Assembly: GCF_006345805.1 (NCBI RefSeq)
Contig: NC_042998.1
Coordinates: forward strand, 186,620,001 to 186,684,000
DNA: 64,000 bases
DNA from: Octopus sinensis
Taxonomy: Eukaryota
Reading direction: 5' to 3'
The notes beneath the pieces were generated by a model. It was not told where the DNA came from, made no database searches, and saw nothing but the letters and a program-made list of their open reading frames with translations. A program made the translations under genes and the position numbers. Of this stretch, positions 37,226-51,138 are shown piece after piece. Within the stretch, counting starts at the first letter, position 1. Each line of letters starts with the position of its first letter.

Positions 37226-37432
37226 AATATGTAATCTGATCCAAAACAATATTTCAAGTTAAAAAGAAATGATATGACATTCAGGTCTTAGACTCAAGCT
37301 GTTAGTGTCTAATGCTGTTGTCTATGTCCTTAAAAAAAAAGAAGTTTTTTTTTCTCACTTTCAGGCGAAATGACAGACCCGAATCGTCATATTATCCTTC
37401 TTGCAGTAAACTCGCTTGTCTAATTTTATAAA

Positions 37433-37761
37433 TATTTCGTTTTTGGATTTGCTTTGCAAGATTCATTATGTGAGTTCGTGTGTTGAAGCATATTCTGTTG
37501 TGTGGAGAGAGTCATTTTCTTTTTGTGCCTTATGATTTAACACACTCACCGGTAAAATTTCCACTTATTCCTTATTTTTATTTTCCTAAAGTCTTGCAAC
37601 TTTTCAATAGTCTTGACTCAAGACTTGAGTCAAGACTATTGAAAAGGTTGCAAAACGCAAAGAAAATTTTAGGAAAATAAAAATAAGAAATAAGTGGAAA
37701 TTTTACCGGTGAGTGTGTAAAATCATAGGGCACAAAATGACTCTCCCCAGACACAACAGAA
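37433..37761. mobile_element. Foldback (snap-back) insertion with 12-bp TSD
   Basis: Centre GACTCAAG-A-CTTGAGTC at 37623; TSD TAATTTTATAAA at 37421-37432 and 37762-37773. Confidence 0.85.
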
Positions 37762-37857
37762 TAATTTTATAAAACTTCACCGTATAAATTTGGCTAATGG
37801 TTTACTCGTTTCTCTTTCTCCCGCGCGTGTGTGTGCGTGCGTGTGTGTGTTAAACTA

Positions 37858-39550
37858 CGAGGGTTATGCCGAAAGTTGGTATCAATTTTGTGTTAATTGA
37901 CATAGGTCGTTCAAATTGTAAACGTTGGTAGAGTAACTCTTCCTCTATAGAAACTCTTCTACCTGTTCTTCAATGCAGACAAATAATGAGTTCCAAGCAG
38001 AAGTAATGTGCCGTCATTGAATTCTTGATGAAGGAGAGGAGCAGGCTGTCCGATATCCACAGAAGATTACGAGTTGTTTTCGGAGATAACAGCAATATTG
38101 CTCAGATGGATGAAGTTTAAAGAAGCGGAAACTAGCTTTGAAGAGAAAACAAGTAGTGGGAGACCATCAGCGTCCATCACTGAGACGAATCGCTAGCGAG
38201 CGGACGAATTGGCTCGCGTGGACAGACAAGTCACAATCCGTTAGGTTGCTGCACATCTGGGCTGCGTTGAGCTATGGGAAAGCATGTGCCAAATGAGTAC
38301 CTCATCACTTGACACCCGATTTGAAGGCCAGAAGGCTGAAAGTCTGCTCTAACATGTTGGAAGCATCTAAAACCAATGAAAACACATTTTATTTGATCTG
38401 GCGGCGAGGTGAAACGTGGGCGTATCTTTATGATTCAGAAACGAAGGCTCTGTTGGCGGAATGGCGTCATACCTCTGTCTTCTACAAGAGTCAGCGATCG
38501 GGACAGTAAGTCATACTGACCGTTTTTTTTCGTCGACAAAGTCGTCATTCTCCTTGATCTTCTAAAATGTGGCTGTACCTTGAACAGAAGACGGTACATG
38601 AGACGCTTGAAAGATTACAGAAAGCCATTTGAAGCAAGAAACTGAACAAGAATCCGAAAACGGTCTACATTCCCCATGACAATTCATGACAATAGATATC
38701 TATGGTAACAAATCAGTCAATCGATAAATTGTTAAATTAAGTTAAGTTAATTTTTTGGCTCAAAAAGCAAAAAGCAAGGCCATGTAGGGGGACATGGAGT
38801 TATGTACAGGGAGGGTGTTCATGCAAAGAGTTCAGGCCATTTCTGGTCAAGAGAGACTTTGAACCGAGCGGTCGTCGGCATCTTCACTATCTCGTCCGGC
38901 ACTTATTCCACGAATCCGCAACCCTGACGGAGAAAGCCCCTCTCCTTCGATTGAGATGAAATCATCGTAGAGCTTTTCAGAGTGACCCCACAGCCGACGC
39001 TCTGGAGCAGGAGTGAAGAACAGCTCTTTTGAGGGGTTACACTTTCCGCTTATGATGTTATGAGCAAGAATGAGATCACCACGGCGTCGTCGTTTTTCTA
39101 GAGAATAAAGGTCGAGCGTCTTCAGCCTTTCTTCATAAGACAAATTCTTGAGACCAAGAACCATGTGAGTAGCCAGCTTCTGGACTTTTTCGTGATGATG
39201 TAGATATAAATCATTGGACTGGTCACTGGTTCTCCCAATCACTGTACCGTCCAAATCTAGTGCCTACCGACTTCTGCATTTTCGGTGCTACGAAAGACAG
39301 CCTTCAGAGACAAGGATTTGATGACACAGACGAAGTGATAGTGTCTCTGGAGAAGTGGGTACAACGATGCACATGTGGAGTTTTTCAAAGAGGATTCAAA
39401 AGCTGGGTTTAACTATGGTGCAAATACTTCGCTTGTAATGGAGAGAATGATGAATAGTGCTTTTATACGTTAGTAATTTGAATGATTTATATCTATTAAT
39501 TAAAAAAAATGTTATGTTCACTTCTATATTACTTTCTGTTGAAATCCTGT
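37858..39550 (+). pseudogene. Mariner transposase fossil interrupted by a CR1 LINE
   Basis: TA-CGAGGG TIR; VPHHLTPD, GETW.Y.YD.ETK, HDN, LYRPNLVPTDF (YSPDLAP); right end approximate. Confidence 0.85.
38731..39200 (-). pseudogene. 5'-truncated CR1-clade LINE
   Basis: EKVQKLATHMVLGLKNLSYEERLKTLDLYSLEKRRRRGDL; TTAAC tail. Confidence 0.9.
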
Positions 39551-40604
39551 CTATTAAATCAGGAAATACAAATCTGGAAAAAAAAATGTACAGAATTTCA
39601 TAAATACGAGAAAAATAAGTACTTCACTGGGAAAACTTCTAATAGTTGATGCACGTATAGTGAGCGTTGTCGAGAAGAAAGAAGGTACGTAATCACTGAA
39701 TCAAGTCTGCAGTTTCAATTTCTAGTTATTTCGCTTATATTTCTAAAGGCAACTGCCAATTAACTTTTTATATCGAAGGAGCAACAGGAAACTACTCTGA
39801 TGTATTGAGATGCTATGACAGACGTTGCAAGCTACGTCTGGAAAATGATATGTTTAATTTACTTTAATATTAGAGTTTATAGGCTATTCAGTTACAACTC
39901 CTGAGAACTTAATCATATCTAAATATGTCTCATTAGACATTGTTATATTTATTCAGTTACGTTCTTGTCTCCTTTTCTGTGCTAACTTTACATGTTAAAC
40001 TCTCAAAAACGAAAAAGAATTACGTAGAATTTTCGTATAAGTCTCTTAGTCCGCCAGTGAAATTAACAAAATACAGAGGGGAGGATACATATCCAAACAG
40101 TTGTGCAGCCTTAGCTACAAAGCTTTGTAATATAATTGTAATTAACAATGAGATGTAGAGGATGCATTTCGTCTGTTGAAGAGAAACCATGCCTAACTGT
40201 CCATTTTTAGACCCATTTGATTCCTACTTTACTCGGATGGACTTTCATATGCATTCAATGTTTTAAAAAAATCATATATTTTTATAATGAAATATTATCA
40301 GGAATTGTATAAAAAAGATTGATCAGATGTTTTGTGAATTGTAGAATTATAACCAATTTATAGCGGATTAATTTTAACAACAAAATCTTATAGGGATCCC
40401 CAAGGGCCACATGGAACCCGTTTGAGAATCACTAGTCCAACAGATGATACAAGCATTGAGAATAGACACAGGACCAATTTCAGACCACCAACAGGAAATT
40501 GAAAAAATGAAAAGACTTGTCATAGATGCTAGTTTCTCATTAGCAAATGATATAGAATCACAGAATATTAATTTCGATTTGTAATGTTGCTTAGTCATAG
40601 ACTT

Positions 40605-41006
40605 GTCCTTTTCTACTCTAGGCACAAGGCCCGAAATTTTGGGGAAGGTGGGGCCAGTCAATTAGATCGACTCCAGTACGCAACTGGTACTTAATTTATC
40701 GACCCTGAAAGGATGACAGGCAAAGTCGACCTCGGCAGAATTTGAACTCAGAGCATAAAGACAAACGAAATACCTATTTCTTTACTACCTACAAGGGGCT
40801 ATACACAGAGGGGACAAACAAGGACAGACAAACGGATTAAGTCGATTATATCGACCCCAGTGCGTAACTGGTACTTAATTTATCGACTCCGAAACGATGA
40901 AAAGCAAAGTCCACCTCGGCAGAATTTGAACTCACAGCGTAAAGACAGACGAAATACAGCAAAGCATTTCGCACGGCGTGCTAACGTTTCTGCCAGCTTG
41001 CCGCCT
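40605..41006 (-). mobile_element. SINE family A dimer (unit with tail i, then unit with tail ii)
   Basis: TSD TTAGTCATAGA(C/T)TT at 40591-40604 and 41007-41020. Confidence 0.9.
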
Positions 41007-41252
41007 TTAGTCATAGATTTATTGATTAACGAAAGTGAAGTTTCTAATCAGTCGATATTTTCTTAATGTAAGATAATCGAATTTTCAAATAAATCTTCTC
41101 TTCATATAACACATAACAAATTCTAAATATCTTTCTGCCTTTAATTTGGACATGTTTTAAAACATTTGGTATGCATTAATTCTTGAAAATTTTAAATTAC
41201 ATTCAAGCATTTTATTTCCCATGGAGGGTTTCTTCACACACACACACACACA

Positions 41253-41359
<107 letters not shown>

Positions 41360-41647
41360 TATACAATGCAACAGTCCACAATTCCATCTTGATAACCAAC
41401 TATTTGACAGAGATTACCAGCAAAGCCATTCCCAACAGTCGAGTCTTTGTTGCCTGTGTTTTTGTTTGTTCCCCAGGTGAAGGAGAATCTCATGAGCAGT
41501 CGTTATGAAGGCATTGAGAAGAAGAAGGAGTGACGATAGATGCCTTCACATTGTAGGACTTCCACGGAGTGGTTAGAGCGTTACAAGTTCATTGAAGTCA
41601 GAGGATCCTTCTTTAAAGGAGATTAGAGTTTTGAACTTCTCTGAAAC

Positions 41648-42975
41648 TGTTGTAGCGAGAGTCATTGACATCCCTGTGGGATTGGAAGAATTGACTCGTC
41701 GAACTCTTATAAAAAGTGGAGTAATTTGAAGTACGTCAAAGGGGAAAACATTGTGTCTATCCCCGCTTCGTGAAATCTGTATATCCGACGTATAGAAAGA
41801 CATAAAGGTGGCGACGAGGATATTCACTTATAAAAGTGGCGACGAGTTTATTCGAAGCTTACGTTGAACGTTAACATTTTCTTTTGATACAAAATCAAAG
41901 CAAAATTAACATGAAAGACTTATTAGCCTCTGTGGTGCAGTTGCAACAGCAGTTACAGCAGCAATTATAACAACAACAACAACAACAACAATACCAACAG
42001 TTGCTGAAATTAATGTTGAAGTCCAAAGATATTTCACGTTCTCGCCAGACAGTGTAGCAAACGCAATTACTGAATTTAGTTATAACCCAGAAGGTATTAA
42101 TTTTTCTGAATATTTCCGATGATATGAAGAAATATTCAAAGAGGAATGCAAAAATTGAACGGACAATGAGAAGGTACGACTACTTTTAAGAAATTTATCC
42201 CCCACCGAACACGAAAAATACTGTAACTACATTCTGCAAAAAAAAAAAAAAAGTGAAATTTCTTTCAATGAAACAATTAAATTATCGAAAATAACAAACA
42301 AGGAAAACACTAAAAATACAACAAAGTATTTTAATATCGGTGACAAGGTATTTTTCAAAATATATAAAATTGGAAGAGAATGTTGGGAAGATGGAGAAGT
42401 AACAAAAAGAATAGGCAAAATGACGTATATGATGAGAGGCGAAAAATGGAAACGCAAAGGACATTTAAACCAGCTAAGAAATAGGTATACGGAAAAAAAA
42501 AAGATGCCCATGGAAGTACTCTACGACACCGTTGATGTTCCACCGCCACAAAAAGTAGCAGTTCAAGAAAAAGAAAACAAATAGAATGGTTGAAAGCAGT
42601 GCCTAAACGGAAGAAATATTAAACTTCCCTAAGAAGAAAATCTCAAAAAGAGAGATATGGTGAAAGGAAAAAAAATAATAATATTAATTTCCAACGGAAG
42701 TCAATCTCAAAAGGGGGAGATATTGTGGCGAGAGTCATTGACCCCTGTGGGACTGGAAGAATGGACAAGGCGAACTCTTATAAAAAGTAGCGTATTGGTT
42801 AAGACGAGAGAGGGTCGTGGAGTCGTTGAGAGTTTGTGGAAGTCGTAGAGATCGTTAAGAGTTTGCATTATTGGAGTATCGTGTTTCGTGGAGTAATTTG
42901 GAGTACGTCAAAAGGGAAGATAGTGTCTATCCTCGCTTCATGAAATCTATATCCAACGTATAGAAGGATATAAAA
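41648..42975 (+). mobile_element. Internally deleted Gypsy LTR element (LTR-PBS-gag remnant-integrase tail-PPT-LTR)
   Basis: LTRs 41648-41808 and 42721-42975; PBS TGGCGACGAGGAT at 41809; PPT AAAAGGGGGAGA at 42709-42720; gag FSYNPEG...KVRLLLR; integrase GDKVF...HLNQLR; candidate TSD GAAAC. Confidence 0.85.
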
Positions 42976-43042
42976 GAAACTAATAAATGTCTTACCTGAA
43001 AAAGCCTGCAAACTTCTGGAATGCACCGCGCGCACACACGTA

Positions 43043-43137
<95 letters not shown>

Positions 43138-44177
43138 GTGTGTGTGTATATGATGATGATGATGATAATAATAATAATAATAATAATAATAGACGAATGG
43201 GTTATCTGGTGTTGCAACAATTGCTTTATTACGAGTCTTTATCGTGACATAAGTATTATACGATTAATAGGATGCGTAATGTGTTATATAACTCTTAACT
43301 CATCAAGTCACCAAACTGGAGGATACCCTGTGATCAAATCTGTGTGTGTATGAAGCGAATTCTAGAATAAAACTTGCTGGGAAAATATTAGAAGAGGCGA
43401 ATAGACATATGTCAACCTATCTGGTCATAACTTATAACTTGCTCAAACTTTCAATTCTGAAGTTTGAGTTATAGAGGAATATTAGAATATTAAATTATGT
43501 GATCTAACCATGTAGGAGGTTCTGTTTACTATTTACCAAGAATACACAAGAGCCAAACATCTCTACAGCGGAGCTAAATATACTCTTCCTACATTCGTAA
43601 TATGCTCACAAAGAATTAGCTGTCTTCTTCAATCACTCTTCATATCCAAGTTGTTTTACACATTGGAAGCATTCATTAATTCTTCAGAATCTTCATTGAA
43701 CAATAAGTTCACTGTTTGCTTCTTAAACCTCTTCATTCTGCGTTAACCTCAACATTCGGGACCATTTTTGTGGGGCGTTTATTAATTTTTCTATGTTCTG
43801 CAGTAGTCAAGGTCTGCTAATGATATTAATTCTCTGAAAAGACAGAACCAGTGCAGTCATGTTATATAAATATAATTTATTTCTTATGAAAATAATTTAT
43901 TAAAAAAAAAATATATATCAATTTAATGTACTGATATAATTGCGTATCAGTTTAATGTAACAGTTAAATACTTGTATTTAGCTGCTAAGAAAACAGAATT
44001 TTTTTCTTAATTGGTCGGCAAAATTCTGCTCCAAACGAATTTCCTTTTTGTGTATAAACATCCGCAACCTGTACACTTGAAGAAGAAATTACACTAACAA
44101 GAAATTACCATTAATTTTATGAATTTTAAATAAGAGATTTGATTTAAATACAATTGAATTTGTTATTGCTGTCTGCT

Positions 44178-44230
<53 letters not shown>

Positions 44231-44335
44231 CTCCTCTGAATTAAGGAAAACCAACGAGAGGTCATCTATGGGAGTATTTCGATCGAGTAGAAATAGCTGC
44301 CAACTCTTCCTCAAATCACATAATACTGTCTAAAG

Positions 44336-44488
44336 CAGTGTTTCTCAACCTTTTTACACTTGCGCAACCCTTAAAATAGATTACATATCTCAAGGAACCC
44401 TTGCACAAAAAAATTATATACCATATCTTTCTCATTTTATTTCATCGTAGTTCACGTGGTAATTGTCATATCTATATCTATATCTATG

Positions 44489-44549
<61 letters not shown>

Positions 44550-44717
44550 GTCTATCTATCTATCTACACACACACACACACACACACACTCACATGTATG
44601 TATATATATATTACGATCATGAAATTAGCATTAGCTTATCTCACTCTTTCTCGCGGAATCCCTTGGAACCTTTTGCGGAACCCTAGGGTTCCGGGGAAGC
44701 CCGGTTGAAAAACGTTG
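44336..44717 (+). mobile_element. hAT-Charlie-like MITE with internal microsatellite
   Basis: TIRs CAGTGTTTCTCAACC / GGTTGAAAAACGTTG; perfect TSD GTCTAAAG at 44328-44335 and 44718-44725, close to the Charlie NTCTAGAN preference. Confidence 0.9.
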
Positions 44718-45059
44718 GTCTAAAGAAAGGGAAAAACGCTGATCTAAAGAAAGGAAAACATGCCTGAAGAAAATATGGGATGGTCACGTATGGAATGTCT
44801 TTGATCATCGGTCAGTTGGTTCAGGGCTGTCATGGAGCCCAAAAATCAGATCGTACGTAGAAGCCTGTAAAAATGTTCTCACCTAAAGGAGATATAGATA
44901 GTAGCGCCGTAATAAGGAGGTGCTTATGACATTCGTTAACAACTTCGAGCAAAAAACGCCAAATACAAGGAAACTAGCACCGTTAATCAATGAGGGAATA
45001 AGAAAACTATTGCTCACAGAAAGATCAATCTACTATTACAGTAAAAACAAACAAAAACA

Positions 45060-45410
45060 ATTGCGGAATATGAAGACAGACATGGGAAAAAGGCTTAAGT
45101 TCTCTCAGGTAGTCAAGAAAACGCTATGGCTAGATGGAGTTCTGTAGTCTGAAAAAGCAAAGAAAATTATCCTGATTGAACTTAGTTCTGTAGCAAGAAG
45201 GGTGTGATGAAGCTTTTGAATGGAAGATGCCTATCATCCTTTCAGTCGCAGTCGCAGTTGGCTGTGGAAGATGCCCTTTCCAGTTACTATGGAGAATGCT
45301 TACAGCCAGTAAATAACATGCAAACAGAGAAAGACAGTCCCTCGCACAATGGAGGAGGTAGCAGAAAGAGCTTGGTTATGAAAGAAGAGCTGAGCTGGAA
45401 GCCAGGAGGA
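45060..45410 (+). pseudogene. HERO-like restriction-like endonuclease (REL) domain fossil
   Basis: KRLKFSQVVKKTLWLDGVL*SEKAKKIILIEL, AVGCGR, AE...WL..KR..W. Confidence 0.6.
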
Positions 45411-45450
45411 AAATATGATGAGCAAGTTGGCCACCACTGCTGATATGTCA

Positions 45451-45684
45451 ACAGGAGGGGCAGAAACGTTAGCACGCCGGGCGAAATGCTTAGCGGTATT
45501 TCGTCTGCCGCTACGTTCTGAGTTCAAGTTCCGCCGAGGTCGACTTTGCCTTTCATCCTTTCGGGGTCGATAAATTAAGTACCAGTTACGCACTGGGGTC
45601 GATATAATCGACTTAATCCGTTTGTCTGTCCTTGTTTATCCTCTCTGTGTTTAGCCCCTTGTGGGTAGTAAAGAAATAGGTATT
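45451..45684 (+). mobile_element. SINE family A
   Basis: Consensus body ending AAAGAAATAGGTATT. Confidence 0.9.
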
Positions 45685-45924
45685 ACAGTTTAGTAGCAAA
45701 GCGCCCAATAGACGTTGGGCACCGTCTAAAGATATCAACTTTTCCTGGCCAAAGCTACAATCACTAAAAGTGAATTAAGGAGGTGCACCTTGTTTTAGAA
45801 GTAATTAATCTGTGTCTGCCTCTCACAAACACAGGTGTACTCAAGACATTCCAACTAGCCAATTTTATGTAAGAGTGCGAGCATGCGCGCACGAGGGTGT
45901 GCGTGTGCACCCGCACGTTTGTAT

Positions 45925-45983
<59 letters not shown>

Positions 45984-46169
45984 GACTGAGGTTGAATTTG
46001 GTGCCAACGTTAACTCTCTATAAATAAATTTTAAACTGTGTATTTTGGTAAGGTTTGGACTAAGGAGACTATATTACTATAAATATTTATTAGGGCTTTC
46101 AATTCTGTTTTCTGCTTAGTTCTTGTACACACACTCACACACACACAAACACACATCAACTATGTATAT

Positions 46170-46234
<65 letters not shown>

Positions 46235-47085
46235 TTCAAATTACGATGGACGTAAATAAACAAACGAAGTTTGCTTTAGAAGCGTTGAGATGTCTTAGAA
46301 AGTTAAAGAAGTGATTTTAAATTCTCAAACGCAGGATAATGCTAATAACATAGCCTGAACAGGATATGTCACACCTATTTAGCAGAAAAAAGTGTTGGCG
46401 GCCGGCTATATTACAATTAATAAGAGGAATGACCACTAAAGTGGGTTCCTATATGCTAAAGATAGACGTCAAATCGTCTTGCCACGAAGAGTTGAGAAAA
46501 GATTGAGAACTGTACTATAGCTCGGGGCCGACCAAAGCCTTGTGAGTGGATTTCGTAGACGGAAACTGAAGGAAACTAGGAAGGAGTAGTACACTCCCTT
46601 GTTCACAGTATATTTCAGACACAGGTCGTGTGTCAATAACCAGCTGGAAAAGATGTTTTCCAGGGGGTTAAAAGGTAGTAACATGGTCCTAAGCAGGACT
46701 GCCACCATGCGTTGGCAAACAGGTTGTATTTTGCCGTATGGTTACTACTTGGTTCTCATTCAGAGAGTTAAAACTAGCTGTTTTACTCATCACGAGATCA
46801 GTAACTGTCTGTCACTTCTATATTTATATACTGAGAGTAGGGTCGAGTAAGCTGCTAACTCTATCCGGCGGTTGTCTAGCACCGACGACAGAAAATTACC
46901 CAGAAACCATGGGTCTGTTGGTACAGCTAGTGGCTAGGAGGGAGTAGTACGGTCCTTTGTTCACAGTATAGTTCAGACACAGGTCGTGTCGATAACCAAC
47001 TGGAAATGATATTTACCTGGGGTTAAAAGTTAGTAACATGGTCCTACGCAGGACCGCCACCCTACGTTGGCAAATAGATTTTACT

Positions 47086-47132
<47 letters not shown>

Positions 47133-47188
47133 GTGCACTTATTTATGTGCGCGTGTGTGTGAAAACAATCATGTACATGCGCAATCAC

Positions 47189-47245
<57 letters not shown>

Positions 47246-48013
47246 AAACCGGATATATATGTATTTATATGTAACCGAATATGCACACAGGAACACCTTC
47301 GAGTCACGTATGCACGCATACAGAAACTAACCTTGTATGCTAAGATTATTGTGATCTGACTATGACCTGAAGCCTGTAGATAAAGTGGAACGATGAAAAG
47401 CGACCTATGCAGATGCCATTGTATTATATTTCATTATTCACATTTCACTCAACCCCGCCTGTCCTAAAAATCATGAACGAATACTTGAAAATCTTTCTAC
47501 CGCAACGAATCGGTATTTTCTCATTTTTTTTTTTCAACTTCAACAAATAAATTTTTCTTAATAAGAAATGCAAAAAATTAAGAATTAGTTTCTTCGTCAC
47601 TTGAATTAGTTTTATATTTTTCTATCACGACATTAAAATTTCACGAGATTATGTCTAATGGAGTTCAGATGCTGCCTAAATATTATTGGCATTAAATTTT
47701 GGCTGAGGGCCAGCAATTTTAGAGGAAAGTCTAAGTTGATTAAATCGACCCTAGTGTTCAACTGGTACTTATTAAACAATAAAAGCAAAGTCGATCTCGG
47801 TGGAAATTGAAGTCAAAACGTAAAGATGGATCGCTTAGCATTTTGCCTAACTGCCCAAATATTATTTTATTTAACTCTTTAAGGTCGGGCGTGGCTTATT
47901 GACACACTGCTAAATTCTGAAGACGGGTGTGGTATATAAACCACATTCTGCATGTAAAAACATATAAGATACAGGTATTCTTTTTCTTATATGTTATATG
48001 TTTTTACATGCAT

Positions 48014-48250
48014 AAGGCGGCGAGCTGGAAGAATCGTTAGCACGCCGGGCGAAATGCTTAGCGGTATTTCGTCTGCCGTTACGTTCTGAGTTCAAATTCC
48101 GCCGAGGTCGACTTTGCCTTTCATCCTTTCGGGGTCGATAAATTAAGTACAAGTTACACACTGGAGTCGATATAATCGACTTAATCCGTTTGTCTATCCT
48201 TGTTTGTCCCCTCTGTGTTTAGCCCCTTGTGGGTAGTAAAGAAATAGGTA
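48014..48250 (+). mobile_element. Full-length SINE family A, 17-bp TSD with 5' filler
   Basis: GGTATATAAACCACATT at 47931-47947 and 48247-48263. Confidence 0.9.
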
Positions 48251-49171
48251 TATAAACCACATTTGCATTATAAACTATTTGATTGATTATCGTCTTGTAT
48301 ATTTTTCCTTTCTTTTTCTTTTTCTTTTTTTTTGCGTCACGCATGAAAAAACTTGCTATTTATACCAACCTTTTATTCTTTTTATCTGTTTATTTGTTTC
48401 AGTCATTGATCTGCGGCCATGCTGGGGCACCGTCAGGAAGAGTTTAGTCGAACAAATCGACCCCTGTATTTATAATTTTTCTTTAAGTTTGGCACTCATT
48501 TTGTCGACCTCTTTTAACGAACCGCTAAGTTACGTGGACGCAAACAAACCACCACCAGTTATCAAGCGGTGGTGGAGACAAACACAAACACACACAACGG
48601 GCTGCTTCAATTTCTGTCTTCCAAATTCACTAACATGGCTTTGACCAACTCGAGGCTATAGTAGAAGACATTGCCCAGGGTGTCACTCAAAACCATGTAG
48701 CTGGGAAGCCAACTTCGGATCTAGTTTTTTTCATTTGCATAATATGCATTTTTTTTTTAAAGACAGTAAAAAAATAATGTTTTCCAGCCTAATTGTTATG
48801 AAGGTATGATGTTGTGGAGAAAAAAATTTGGAGGCAAAAGTTACAGAGGTTTAAAAATCGAAAAACTGTGTATTAGCGAGATAGAAATTTTCTGCGTTTA
48901 GCGGAGCGGTGTCAACTTTAAGGTTGTACCCTGTGAAATTTATAGTTTAGCGTCTGTGAAATGACCTCGTCATTGTAGGTTTCTAAATAAACAGAAATAC
49001 CTAATAAAATCAACATGTATCATCTTACTGTTTCTTTTGTCTTCATTGATTGTATGTTTTTATTATTTTTTTAAATGTGTAATATCAATATATTTGTCTG
49101 CATGTGTTTACTATATGGGTATTTCAGTATTATGATTACCTGTCATGTATTTGTGTACATCATTAATATAT

Positions 49172-49237
<66 letters not shown>

Positions 49238-51138
49238 GTGTGTCCAAAACTTCAAAGTTGAGTAACGTTTTCATGCTTGGATTTGTAAACTACAATAATA
49301 ATAACACAGGTCAACAAAGAATTCGTCCCAAGAAAAAGAATACCTGTATCTTATATGTTTTTGCATGCAGAATTAAAAAACAATGTCAAATTATCTGTAC
49401 TAAGTTCACATACTCCATTCACCTTCATAATGCCAAGAAACTCTATAAACATAGCAAGCAACTTTTGCTATATATGAAAAATATGCAAAATATTAAGACA
49501 ATTGACGATAAATATCTATAATAAAATTCTAATTGATAGATATAAATTTTTATTGAAACAAAACACGCAGGTAAAGTAAATCTCGTGGTGTGCGGGTGGA
49601 ACACAACACAACGTGCGGTTGTCATGGTAACAGGCTGTTAATGCCTCACTGTCTGTTGATTGGCTAAAATTACCCAAATTTCCGAACTTTAATTCCAAAT
49701 AACATCAGATTCTTTAATTTACGAGATAAGGTAATTGGTTGATCGTAACCAAAATTCAGAGTTGCATCGATACACCAAAATTAAAAGCAATCTGAGCAAA
49801 GTTAAAGGGGGATCATTTTGCAAATGAAAGACTAGATCAACTTCTTACCACACGGCCACGCCTGCACCTCTGAGTTCTTTTTTTTTTTTTTTTTTGTAAT
49901 AAGGAATGAATGAAATCAGTTGTATTAATCATACTGGTGGTCGGATCGGATTCGATTACGAGCATTTAAGCGTTCGGACAACACAATGTCCGATTCATTG
50001 AAATTGACGTGTAAAATGGCTGAACATTCTCCACACACTTGTGCTCTCAATGTAAAACCAATTCGAATCAGCGTGACACAGCATGTGACAAAACCGAACC
50101 TTTGAACTGCAGGTGCACTCCATTCGACGGGATTTCACAGAGTTTCCAACAAGCCAATTTCACTCACGAGGCATGAGCCTTGTGGTTGTACGAAAGACAC
50201 TTGCCCAGCGCGAGCAAGTGTGTTTACTGCCTATGGCTGTAAAGTAAGGTTGTAGTAATGAAAGTGCCCAAGATGTCATGCAATCGGAATGTACTAAAGA
50301 CATATGACCAAGATGCCACGCAGGCTATAGAATCGAACCTAGAACTCATGATTACAAACCTAACTGCTTAATTATTAAGCCATGCCAAAACCTTAACCAT
50401 AACCTTAACCGTAATTTTTTCTTCTATCATTTCAAGAAAAAATAAATTATTACAACGAACTCCTTCAGTGACGTGACGTGACGCAAAACACATTAACGAT
50501 TGGGTGAAGTTACTTTAGAGACACCAGATGACTAAAGCAAAAATTGTAGGGGATTTGAATTCAAAGAAGAAAAACGAAAATTTTTTTTTTGTCCAGCCCA
50601 CTGTTTCCGCTATTCCTTCCACCTACGGAATATTGAAGTCATTTATATAATATTCTATGGACCCCATTATTGTATATTTGGAAAGGAAAGCATTATATAG
50701 ACATAACCACACAAATATATATTATACTACTACATGCAGATAGTCTTTTCTTTTACATTATCACAAAAGGATAATTCTCACAAAGCATATTTCCCTGTCC
50801 TGTCGGTATCAAAAATAAACCTCGTACGTAACAGAAGCGACAAATTCAGTGGTCGGTTCAACTGTGACCTCAAATATCAAACAAGTCTTACATGGTTGCA
50901 GAGCAGTTTCTATTGCTTTCATAAACATTTTATTTTCTCAGCAATGTTGTGATTCGAGTAGAAACTATTTTCAGAGGACAACTTTTAATTGTTCATAATC
51001 ATTTACAGGCGAATGAATGTTTGCTGTTATGTATTTGTCAACAAAACAACAACAGGTCAGTGGCATATTGCGGCTAGCCATATCAAGGAGAACATTTATT
51101 GCCAGCGCGCGTCTATTCGCTACAACGTTTATTTTTTA

